From the NCBI RefSeq assembly GCF_009914755.1, contig NC_060925.1: a DNA stretch of 64,000 bases; one strand, 5' to 3'. The translations under genes and the position numbers were made by a program. Of the stretch, positions 32,195 through 47,742 are shown piece by piece (positions within the stretch are counted from its first letter, which is position 1; each line of letters starts with the position of its first letter). The notes beneath the pieces were generated by a model. It saw only the letters and a list, made by a program, of their open reading frames with translations, had not been told where the DNA came from and searched no databases. Source of the stretch: the human T2T-CHM13v2.0 reference genome, Homo sapiens.

Positions 32195-32627
32195 TGTGGT
32201 AGGCTGAGGAATGTACCCTCAAATCTATTCACATCTTAACCCCTGAGGCCTGTGAATATTACATTATGTGACAAAGACTTTGCACATATGATTAAGTTAA
32301 AAATCTTTAGATAAGAGGTTACTATAGATTATCCAAATAAGCCCTTAGTGAAATTGTAAATTCTTAATAAGAGAGGCAGAAGGAGATTTCACAGACAAGA
32401 GGAGAAAGCGATATGACGACAAGGCAGAGACTGGAATTATACTGCCATAAGTCAAGGAATGCAGGACGCCGCCAGAACCTAGAAGAATCAAGGAACAATA
32501 TTTCCCTTAGAGCCTCAGGAAGAGGTGGCAGCCCTGGCAAAACCTTGATTCCAGAAAAATAAAAATGATTGTATATGCCTGACCTTCAGAACTTATAAAA
32601 GAATAAAATTCTGCTGTCTTAAACTAA
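32195..32627 (+). mobile_element. MaLR LTR, MLT1C-like
   Basis: Start 'tgtggtaggctga', 'cctgtgaatattac', 'gactttgcacatatgattaagttaa', 'aagaataaaattctgctgtcttaa'. Confidence 0.85.
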
Positions 32628-32854
32628 TTTTTTTTGGCTGAAGCAATTTACATGACCAACCCCACAGTCAATGAGGATACAGGGAGGCATGAACAAATTG
32701 GCAAAATGACTGTAATCAATCCACTACAAAAGGATTATGTATTCAGTCCAATTTATAACTTTCCCTTGCCTTTCGATTTATTTTAAAGAAATACATGATT
32801 AAAATAAGTTAGTGTATTTGGGGCATAATATTCAAAAAAGATAATTTAAAAGTA

Positions 32855-32975
32855 CATAAGCTTTGTGAGGCATATGGTTTCTGTCACAACAATTCAACTC
32901 TGTTGTTGTAGTGCAAAAGCTGCTATAGACAATATGTAAATGAGTGTGGATGTGTTCCAATAAAACTTTATTTAT
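32855..32975 (+). mobile_element. MER58-like hAT-Charlie MITE fragment
   Basis: 'tctgtcacaacaattcaactctgttgttgtagtgcaaaagctgctatagacaat...tgtgttccaataaaactttatttat'. Confidence 0.8.
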
Positions 32976-32979
32976 GTAT

Positions 32980-33165
32980 ATAACACGTCCAGAACAGACA
33001 AATCTACAAAGACTGAAAATAGATTATTGACTGTGTAGAGCTTGAGCAACTGGGGGTTGAGGGGTGATGGGTTAAGGGCATGAGGTTTCTTTGGGGGGTA
33101 ATGAAAATGTTCTAAAATTGATTGTGGTGAGAGTTGTACAGCCCTGTGAATATATTAAAAGCCAC
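32980..33165 (+). mobile_element. L1MB 3' UTR fragment
   Basis: 'gggtaatgaaaatgttctaaaattgattgtggtga...tgtgaatatattaaaagccac'. Confidence 0.8.
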
Positions 33166-33289
33166 ACGTTATAACCACAAAAAAGTACGTTTACCAAATA
33201 TAGACTTATTGGAGATTAATTCATTGGTGAATTATTAGTTTTAAATTAAATGTTTACATTTAAAAATATATAAATAAAAGTCCATAGTG

Positions 33290-33512
33290 CGTTAGTGGCC
33301 CAGACTGTTTTGTGTGCCTATCCCAAATGACTAAATGTGGCCAGAGTGAGCATAGGTCACATGCTCTATTTCTGAAGCTAGAAATAGAGTCCTACTCTGA
33401 GCAATTAGAGAGATAGAATGGGGAAGAAATATTTTATCAGAGAATATTTAAGATGATATGTAGAAACATACAGTGAGTAGATACTGGGTAGAAAAATCAA
33501 CAGATAGCTATT
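33290..33512 (-). mobile_element. Old MaLR LTR fragment (MLT1K/L-like)
   Basis: 'aggtcacatgctc...tgaagct' and 'gatactgggtagaaaaatcaacagatagctatta'. Confidence 0.5.
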
Positions 33513-34494
33513 AAAAAGTGATTTATAAATAGAATAGAAGATTGAGGATAGAGCTTTAAAGCTACTTGCAGTTGGGAGGATGATGGCAGTAAAAAGACAA
33601 GAAGAAACAGAGAAATGCTCTTCCTTCCTATATTGTTATCTTACCTAAGATTTTGCACCATGATGTCTTTTTGGAAATAGGGTATGTACTAATGTTATTG
33701 CCGTAGATGCTAATTCTAATAACTTTTTATATATCCCAGTTATCATTTCCTTTTAATTGTGCTCTGCTCTTTATTTTTAACTTTTAAAATCTGTTTTCCA
33801 TTTTATTTCTGACATATATTTGATATTTTATTTACTATTTGGGGGCAAACTGATTCACTGAGATTTTTTAAATCCCAGTAATAAGTCACATTTAAAAAAA
33901 AGATTAAAAGTTTGTTCATGAAATTGTGTGTTGTACTGGAGTTTTCTCGATTATTAATAGCAAGAAAATTACATTTCTGGACAATTATATTCTGTAGCAT
34001 GAAAGCAAAACTTTCCCAGTTGTAATTACTTTTATATTCTATTTCCGTTTCCTAGTATCTCATGGACCTAGTCACATGAAACTGGGTAAAATTTGTTCAT
34101 GTAGAAATGAATAAATGTAATCCGTCCTAATTACAATAATTCGTAAACAAGGAGAGGAATGCAAAAGGATAATTTCAATGTTTTTGAATTTGGTAAGTAA
34201 ATATGTTGAATACGTAGGTTGAAAATTCTTATTTGTCTAGGTTTATTTAAGATGTGGAGAACTGTATATCTAGGGTAAAAATATACAAATACATTGTCAG
34301 ATAAATAAGAAATAGTAGAATATTACAAAGAATAAATTTGGGTTTTACAAAGAATTTATAACTCGCAATTGCATTGGTATTGTATTACATCACCCCTCTT
34401 CCCCCCTCCCCCCCGCACACACACAGACTTCGCCACTACATCTGGGTGTCCTTATGCAATGCCTACCTGACACACCTGGATGGTGCAGTCTTGG

Positions 34495-34680
34495 AGCTGG
34501 TTAACCTGGATTCCACAGATTCAGCACTCTATGTTCATTCTATGAATATCCTGAAATTATGTTAACATTCAATGTATATAATACAGTGATACATAGGTTT
34601 TTCTTGTGAAGATGAACCAGAGCAAGTAGTCAGATATTCAGTGCAGTGCATCGTCCTCCCAAAAGGTTAGAAACTAACAG
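34495..34680. mobile_element. Old hAT-Charlie-type MITE (subfamily not assigned)
   Basis: TIR-like ends 'ggttaacctgg' and 'aaaaggttagaaact', internal 'cctgaaatt...tttttcttgtgaaga'. Confidence 0.4.
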
Positions 34681-36014
34681 ATTATAGGATCAAGCAATTC
34701 AATTTATAAAAAATTATTATTATACTAACTTAACTGTATTCAAATTGTTTTGTCCTGGAATAGTGACCTACTTAAAGTGCTAAGTGCATAAAGGCAATCG
34801 TATCATGGTGTCTGTTATATAATACTTTATACATTGCAGAATATTACATGGAATTGCAAATATAGATGGTAAAACTTGTAGTATGGGCTTTTCCTGTGAG
34901 ACTTACAAATAAAAATTCTGTATCATTTACAACAGAGACAAGAATATTTAACAGAAAATAATAAATTGTTTATTAATAGAATTGGAGGGCATAGTCTGTA
35001 GACCTGTTTGATTCAGCTAGACTCTATCTTTTAAAGAAGTCATTTTAAAACAATAAAACTGGAGATTAATGAAACATTAATTTCAATAATACTTTATTTT
35101 TTAAAAAACAGCAATGACTGTTTGTTGTTTTATCAAAATTTCAAAACTTTTATTCTTTGTGAATCCCTAAAACGCACACTTTATAAAATGTTAATTTAAA
35201 TTCTCTACTGATAAATGCAACTAATCTTTTAAATGCTTTTTTAGATAAACAACACTACCAGATGTCTGCCTTTGTCAGTAATCGTTTCAGTATATACCTA
35301 TGTATACATATATATGTTACATATATATGCATATATGATATTGAGCACTATTTTTTAAAGTGTTTTCATTTTACAGGGATGAAGGTATTGTTCCTCTTAT
35401 CTGCAATTTTTTCCTATAAGCGCATAATTTTTAAAGCAAAGTATTTTTGTCCACTTCTGAATATGTTGCAGTTTGGGAGTGAACAGGAAGCTTTTCTCCC
35501 TCTTGGACCCATTTGGCTTTGCATGTTCAAAAAGGAGTATAATAAAAAGACAGTGCAAGTGATTTTGAATGAGTTTGACCTTAACTTGAGTCTTTCCTGA
35601 GATGTGCAGTCCTGTTTCTTTTTTTTCTCATTCTTTTGACAGATATAAGGTCTACTGCGTTGCAGATGGCAAGATTTCCTATGATTGACTTAGGCAGGGT
35701 GTGAATAGCACTGCAAAGCAGGAGAGAGAAGTTGAGCTTTCAAAGTGACAGTCTGGTTACAGACTGATTGAAGACGTGTATGTCCAAGCATGTACATAAT
35801 GGGCTTGGGGAAAGAAAAGGAATGAGAATGGAAAAAGGAACACAGCGCTTGTGTTCATATTGATTTCTTTCTTTTTATGTGCATTATTGCCAAAGCATGA
35901 GAAAAAACCTATAATTCAGGTAATCTGGCTCTATCTTAATGTGAGAAATAAAATAAAATTTGTGTCAATAGGTATGGGATTGCAAATTTAAGTCTAATGA
36001 ATATATATTTAAAT

Positions 36015-37158
<1,144 letters not shown>

Positions 37159-37924
37159 ATATGGTGAAATTTGTAAAACTTGATAAAATGTGATGAAATT
37201 ATATTGTTTTCTGAAAGCTATCTAGAGATAGTGTAAAAGAAGATGCCTGGGGGAGAAAAGACAAGAAGACCAACTGTGTCATGTAATAGTTTCCAATCCT
37301 GAAATCATTTGGTGGTGTGGGTGCTTTATGATTGAATAAATACAGAGCCACTCCCCCTAATATTTCATCTCAGTAGTTATAAGAGCTTAGAATCTGTGGG
37401 GTCCTGGGGCTTTGATAAGAAAGGTTTTTAAATCACATATGCATATCACCCTGCTCTTGTTCATTAGAAAATACTCCTTCAGGTACAAAAGCTGACAGCT
37501 AATCCATTGGGATTCACTCTAATCTTAGTGTTCTCTCTCTTTGGTAAGCTAGTATTTTCCAAATTCTTAGGTATTTGTAAAGTGAAAACAAAGGTCAAAA
37601 TACATAGAAAAAATTATTTAAAAAATCCAAATCATACAAAAGATTTGATTCAAACTTTTGACTCACTGTTGTCATAGCTTCATACTATTCTAGTGATTGT
37701 CTTTGGATAGATACCTACTTTTCAGCCTAAAAGAGCTAACATAACTTCTAAGACCCATGGAGTCAAGTTGTTAGTTCTTAGATCCTGATCTATTTCTAGT
37801 AGAAACTCCAGCTTTCAATAGTAAAGTACAGAAAAATCTTTTGGAATACAACTATTGGTCAAATTGAATTCCTACTGCAAAATGTATAGATGAAAATAAA
37901 ATTGCAAGATGTAAATGGAAGAGG

Positions 37925-38025
37925 ATTTATTCATCCAATAAACTTGTATTTGTTGGTAATCAATTATTTTGCAGACATAGGTGTTGTGGCTAGAAAAACT
38001 ATACTGAACAACATAAAACAGCCAC
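37925..38025 (-). mobile_element. L2 3' end fragment
   Basis: 'atttattcatccaataaac..tatttgttgg...ttttgcagacataggtgttg'. Confidence 0.45.
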
Positions 38026-38594
38026 TGTTAAGAGGGGAGGATTCTAGAATTTTAGATGGAAATAGTAAATCTGCCTCCATGTGATTCAGATCTAGAGATA
38101 AGCAGAAATATTGAGAAAACGTAGAGCACCCAAAATCAACAATACACTTACAGATGAGGTTATCTTGACACTTCATGGAATTCTTTCGGAAAACTTGAGA
38201 GGAAAATTAGGACATTTTATCTTTTCCTGAAAGAGAACTATGAGCTCAGTGTAACAATGACTTTGGAAAGTTCATGTACAGTTCAACATGTATAAATAAG
38301 ATATACTCTAATGGCTTGCAAACTGGAAAAAAACTCTCTGAACTAATATAGTGTATATGCCATGGTGATTTTTCAATTTAGTAAAAATATTTTAGCATTT
38401 TTACTGCATGATTGAAAAAGTACTTTTCATTTGACCTGTTTTGCACAACTCATATTTTTCTTACACATTTTCTTTGGAGACTTGCAGTGTTTTAATGTCA
38501 GGTATCCACCTTTCTGTATTTATTTTTCTCCAAAAATCAAAATGGTTTCTCCTGTACAAGAAGTCTCTTTGATGAAGTCTCCAGTCAAATATTT

Positions 38595-40852
<2,258 letters not shown>

Positions 40853-40854
40853 CT

Positions 40855-41472
40855 GCTTTTCAGCTTCAAGGTCATCCTTTTAAAAGCTTTCATATGGTTC
40901 TGAATCTGAGACTCAGTAAACCTCATTTCTGTTTTAACAGGTTATCTTCCTATCAGGATCTGCCAATAGAGGGCACTAGAAAGAAACTATACAGCAGCAG
41001 GAAGAAGGCTTTGCTGTCATTATATGCTTCCTACTTGCTTTCTGGTCCTGTCAATAACACCCGCCAACATTTCTTTACAGTGACAGTTGATTCCACACTA
41101 CGTTTTCCCCCAGTACTTACTAAACCAGATTTGAAGCCTGTCAGAGACACCAGAACCAGCTGACTGATGTATGCTTCTCATAGGTCCGTATGCCAGACCC
41201 ATAGGGCACCTCCTCTGATCTTAGCAACGCCAGTCACAGGTCTGAATTTCAGCTCCAGAGAAGCCCTGCTCCAAGTCACTAAGTTCTAGTAATTTAGAAC
41301 TCTTCCATGGCTAGTGCTGCTCCCTGCAGATGTTACCTCACTGACCCCGTGGTGTTGTTCCCAATTTGTCTTCTGAATTCTTCAATCTCTAGTTAATAAT
41401 TATTTGTATTAAATTATATTTCTTACATTCACTGGGATGGTTTTTGTATTCTACCTGCACCCTAGTTAATGT
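40855..41472 (+). mobile_element. ERVL solo LTR, LTR41-like
   Basis: 'tctgccaatagagggcactaga' motif and ERVL-type end 'tattaaatt...gatggtttttgtattctacctgcaccctagttaatgta'. Confidence 0.6.
40960..40978 (+). promoter_or_regulatory. CTCF core motif-like site
   Basis: ctgCCAATAGAGGGCACta compared with the CTCF core CCASYAGRKGGCRC: one mismatch. Confidence 0.5.
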
Positions 41473-42734
41473 AATAACTATATATTTATTTCTACTTTAT
41501 TCAAATTTTTATGTTACTTTTAATCTATTTATAGTTGAATTAGTTACCAAAGGAAGTCTAAGCAAAATGAAACTATTTTATTTAGTTCAAATATATCTGA
41601 TGTTTCTACTTCCATGCAAGGAAAGAAATGGTTTGACATTTTTCAAGCTTTTGTTTCTAATATGGCACATAAAGCAGTCTACTGAAAAACAACAAGAAAG
41701 TATGAGTAAAGATGGCTAAGCACCCTTGTTTTATTAGCCTGGGTAAAGCACGGGCTAGACAACAGACATACTTTAATGTCCTCAATGTTAGAATTCATGA
41801 TTGTATTAAATCAGACTCCCGAGTTATTCATGAAATTTGATTTGAGGACTAAGTCATGATGAGAAAAAAGAACCACAATTGACATATCGTTTGATTGCAT
41901 CTAATTTCCTGGTGATGACCATGAATTTGCTTATATTTGTAAGATTATTGCAAAATCTTTGGTATTCATTGTTTTTCTTAGCAATTTGGGATTTTAGAAA
42001 ATATAAAGGTAGCATTATAACATTTGTATTTCCTACTCTGGTATTGTGTAATATTTTGCTTGAAATCTAAGTGTGGGATTGTTTTATATGGCAAATATAT
42101 AGCTTGAGACACATATTTTCTTTCTTTCTAGAGATCGTAACCCCCTCGTTTTCTTCATATGTCTCCTAAATATACTCATATCAACCATGTCACATCACGT
42201 TAGATGTTCCTGGATAATTTCACTTTCATTAAGGAACCGTATTGAAGCCTATATCCTCAAAAGTGTATGCAACTGCTTTTGTCTCAACAAGAGGTAAACT
42301 GGCTGAACATTTTAGATTAACTTTGGAGGATAGTCACTGTTATTTGAAAGAAATTCTATATTGCTATAAAATTGTATTGGAAACTGCTTTAGCTTAGCTG
42401 CAAAACCTGGGCTAAAACTCAGGGCTGAAAATATTACTGTGCTGATTCATCACCTGAGCAGAGCAGAAATCATAAACATTTATAGTTTACTTCTCATAAT
42501 CCTTTGATTCCATCACTTCCCATTTGTAGACTGGTAATACTGTTGTGACAGAAACAAATATACTTGATGAAAGGTATATACTTGTTGAAAAGCCTTTCTA
42601 AAGAAAACTTTCAGCAGTAACAACAGTATTGCTTCTACTCTGCTTGTAGAACTCTTATAAAAAGTTCAGTTTTTATCATTCATACCTAGCATTTGCTGAT
42701 CTGTGTTATTTATTACATTCCAGGTACAATCTGT

Positions 42735-42832
42735 ATTATCCCCTTATTGATAGGACTGTATCATGTCTCTTTATACCACTCTCACTTCTAATATGGCTCT
42801 GATATGGTAGGCGCTCAAAAATATTTTGAATG
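42735..42832 (+). mobile_element. L2 3' end
   Basis: 'gatatggtaggcgctcaaaaatattttgaatg'. Confidence 0.5.
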
Positions 42833-43617
42833 GTAATGATATTGAATACTTTAGGCATGAAAACAGTTCATCTATTTCCACCATGGATTTATTCAAACAA
42901 AAAATTACTAGGTTGAGACTTCTTAAAATTACTTAAAGATGAATGGGACAAATTAAAGATAGAGCTTTCAAATTTCTTTAGTATTTGACCCACTGTTCCC
43001 TAAGAAGGTTTTTAAAAATTAATGTTAACACAACAAACACAACTATAGAAAAACAGTTAGCTTTTTTTCAAAGTCATGAACTTATATGTAATAAGAGTCA
43101 AATGCAACTACTTCTTTCAGGAAACAGATATTTCAGGATGAATATCACTGTACTATTTATAATTCATTCCTGTGTGTCTGACTGGATAATTTGTATTTAT
43201 TCTTGGTTATTCTGAGCTGGGGAGGCATCAATGAGAAAAATACCAGCCATTTTCTACTATTGGTCTTTCTTTCCCTTTTTAAATATCTTTCTCATTTCTG
43301 TTTCCTTATTTTTTCACTTCTTATCATTTCATTTTGTGTGCATTCACTGTTCATTTTCCCCAACTAAATGCATTAATCATGTCATTCAAGGCTTCAAAGT
43401 TTGACTAACACTTTTATTTATATTTAAGATGATTATTATTAATATATGTATGACCAAGTAACAATGTCGTTACTGTTGCCAATACCATTGTTGTCATGAA
43501 ATATTTAGTGTCTTTGGGAGATACCAAGAGTACCAGACTAGTAATAGATATATTCCTTACCACTGTCATAAAGTAGCTTCCAATCTGTTTGAGAGATCCA
43601 AGTCACATAATAGTTGT

Positions 43618-43845
43618 TCATATTTATTGAAAATATGCTATGTATCAGAAACAGATCTAACAATATTTTTGTATTCATGTACACATCACAAAACTCTACC
43701 AGATAGATATTATTATTCCCATGTTATAAACTCAGAAGTCTAAAGGATCAAAGAAAGGAAGTAATTTGCTCCAGTAGACACAGATAATAAATAATAGAGG
43801 CAAGATTTGAACCCAGGCAGTCTGGTGCAAGAGCATTAATTTTGG
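43618..43845 (-). mobile_element. MIR SINE
   Basis: 'tattattattcccatgttata', 'aagtaatttgctc', 'gatttgaacccaggcagtctgg'. Confidence 0.8.
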
Positions 43846-44135
43846 CAATGAATGTGATTGCACTAAAAGACACATAAAATACATTTTCCTAAGGTCTTTA
43901 TGGTTTAATATAAAGTAATAAGCCATCAGAGATATGGTAAATCTTTGTGAGTGTGCTTCTGCTTTTCACATTATTTTACTTGCTTTATTTCCTTGTTTAA
44001 TATAGGCAAATACAGGGAATAAAGAAAAACCTGAATTTATTTTCCTGCCAGTTGTTAATGTCAGAAAGATCCAGTCACATATTTCTAAAAAAGAATATGT
44101 TCAAGGGTTGCAAAGTAATTAAAAACTGTAAGTTA

Positions 44136-44639
<504 letters not shown>

Positions 44640-46599
44640 CTATTAGGTTCTTTTTCTTGACTGTAGGTGCTCCCCAACATAGCTGTCAGACCTCGGTAAC
44701 CCCTATGCAAGTAATTTCAGCTCAGTGGACTAAAATGAAGTAGTGACTAAATAAAAACAGAAACCTAATTATTGATATTTTAATATGTACAAAGATATGA
44801 TTCCTACCTGCCAGTTCTTTACAATAGCACAAAAATACTATTTACCATTATTAGCAAAAATGAAATACTCCAAGGTTGTCAGCTCAAAACCTATTAATAT
44901 TTGAGTAGTTGTTGCTATATATTAACATGATACTAAAGTGTTTGGTTAATTTATTAATGATTAAAACTGTCAAACCAACTTCTTTTTACTTTTAATGAGA
45001 ATTATTTTAATGGGAATTTATAAGTTAGGTGAAGTTTAATGTTTTCACCTATTCTTGACCTTGGATTAACATGGGAAGGTGAAATTTTGCTTCCGTTTTG
45101 ACCTATTGTAAAACATTTTCATTTGTCTATATTCTAGTGGATCTTATATAAACCCTCATTCTGTAGTTAATAAAATCTTAAAAATGACTGACTTTGCTTA
45201 GTGCTTAAGTTTAATGATAAATATTTAGAATGAACAGTACCAATTCATACATGATAGTCATTATTGAAACATGTTCCCATGTATATTACAACTCCTTGCC
45301 TAAAGAACATAGCTCAATCTTTATCCAGGAGTTGTGAGACGAGTGCTTGTGCTATTCCTGTCAAGAACGGTTTCATCACTTTATGGAATATTCTACATAT
45401 ATTTTTAAAGTTCACAAGATCTTTTGCTAGTTCCTCAAGTTTCAACCTTTAAACCTTTCTATCTTTACTATAGACTGAATGAACTGTATATATTTTTTTC
45501 TTCCAGCCATTGTCCAAACTCATGTGAAATCGAAAATTAAAAGTTGTAACACTCTTTGAACATTTTACTGCCCATAATTCTCCTTGCACAATATATGCTG
45601 ATGAATTTTCTGCAGAATGCCATTCTCAATAGTGGGGAGAAGTTTATACAAATTCTCTTGAAATTATATTTGAAAAATAACACTCTAAATTCTGCTGAAA
45701 GACTCTCACCTTTACTAAAAGTGTTTTTTCTTCAGGTCTACCTTCTATTCTCTGGGAGCACTGGTAGAAAACTTAGCAATAGAATATCTGTGCTTGCTGT
45801 CATGCTGGTGTTTTGTTTCATTTATTTTCACCAGATAACAGAACTATAAAATAATACATTATTAAGATAAGACCTAGTAGTAAGGTTCACTTCTCAATGT
45901 TATTTAGGCATATTAAAATCTAAGAAGCTTTGCATTAATAACTTTTTGAAATTATCTATAGACTAGTAAACACAAAAAACTCTTTTGGGTTGTGTTTTTA
46001 AACTTTAGAGAAAAAAATTCAATATATATTTTTGTGTTTGCTCTTTTAATACAATGATCTTTTTTCTTGTTGTCATTCAGACACTTTGAAGGTTTGATTA
46101 GGATGCCTATTTTTAAATGAATAATTTCAATTTTAGGACAATGTTAGTTTTTGATAAGGTTTGAAATGACTGAAATCTGAAGCCTGGACTGTGCCTTTAG
46201 TATAAAGGATCTTAAAACTTTTCCTCTAATCTGTGTAATTTCATAATAAATTCGTTCACAAAAATGTCTGTTAGTTGCTACTCTCAATAGAACATTGGAA
46301 TTTTTATTCACATCTACATTTTAAATAATATTTTGTTCAACCAAAATTCATTAGGCTAGTCATTTTAAAAATCTTAGGGATTTAAAACTTCTAATCCTTT
46401 TTGTTCAATTTATTTTTATTGAGTAAAATTACATAATCAACCAGTGAAAGTGAAAGTTTAATTTCTGTAAAACTAATTGTAAAACTAAAAAATAGTCTAG
46501 GCTTTTACTCTTAATAAAGATTTCCCTTACTCTAAGTAGAATTGTGTATCATCAAAAGCATACAATCCTAAATTAATTGCAACTAAATTCAGTTAAAAT

Positions 46600-46720
46600 G
46601 ATTTGAGTGCCTATCAGAGTATTTTCCTATGATTCTTGTTTAGCTCTTATAATTTCATTAAAATGTTGGTATTTTTATCCCCATTTACAAATGAGAAAAC
46701 AGGAGTTCAGGGAGATTGGA
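46600..46720 (-). mobile_element. MIR fragment
   Basis: 'tatccccatttacaaatgagaaaacaggagttcagggag'. Confidence 0.65.
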
Positions 46721-47552
46721 GGGGGTTAGAGTGCCAACCCTCATACATTATACCGCAAGTCTTAATTGGAAAGCTGTACCTACTAGCATTAAAACCAGTG
46801 ACTGGTTCCATCTAGAAGTGTTTTGGGATGGCTCACTGATTTATCAAAAATGTCACATCATAGGGCACCTCAAACCATGCTGACTGAGTCTGTCAGTCTA
46901 AGGATGGCTTAATTTCATAAAAGCTTTCATAAAAGATATAATTTGCAATTCAAAATTGGGTTCACCTTTTCTAATTAGGTGAAATTACAGTTGCCATATC
47001 ATAATTAAAGGTTATGTGACAGACAGGGGTGTTTATTTGGATTATATCAGATTATTTTTCTAGGCTTCTGAATATTATAGCTTTTGAAGAGCATGGATTT
47101 TAAAACCTTCTGACATAATATCTGTTTTTATTTAGGAGTAAAGCTGTTCCCTCTTTCTGAACTTGAAATGCAGCTATGATTGTCTATATTATGAGAATCA
47201 TATTCAAATGCATTTCTCTTTCAACCAAACTGCCTAAAGGTATTGATGTCAGAATATTTCCCTTCTAATAAGCACATGACGTTTCCCAGAGATGCTATGA
47301 AAAATATCACTGTGCCTCAAACTGAATTAGAGTAATACCATTTAATAATGCTTTTTAAAATGCCTCGAATCATACATCATAAAAATATTGAAATATAGAG
47401 GTAATATACAGGAATTGCATTGCCAAAAATGTCTTGTAGTTTTTGCCCATTGGAAAGTGAAAAATGTATGACAAAAAAAATCTGCCAAAAATATGAGAGC
47501 TTAGACCTTGGTGTTCCTCCTGGCACCAAACTCCCATAAATTTGAACAACCT

Positions 47553-47742
47553 AGGGGCAGTGTAGAGTAGTTGCAAAGAATCTACAGTGAGATTGCCTAC
47601 AGGATGAACACGAAAGGCTTGTTTTTTGCTATATTTTTCCCCCTACAAAATATGCAAATGCATAGGGATGTTGTAAGAATTCAGAGTTAATAAATATAAA
47701 TTACCCAAAATATTGTTTAACAAATAGTTTGTTTTCATAATT
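47553..47742 (+). mobile_element. MIR fragment
   Basis: 'ggggcagtgtagagtagttg' and 'catagggatgttgtaagaatt'. Confidence 0.5.

Noticed and set aside
44650-45770. Small AG...GT units near 44667 and 45736
   Set aside because: Donors are weak (gtaacc, gtagaa) and expected by chance.
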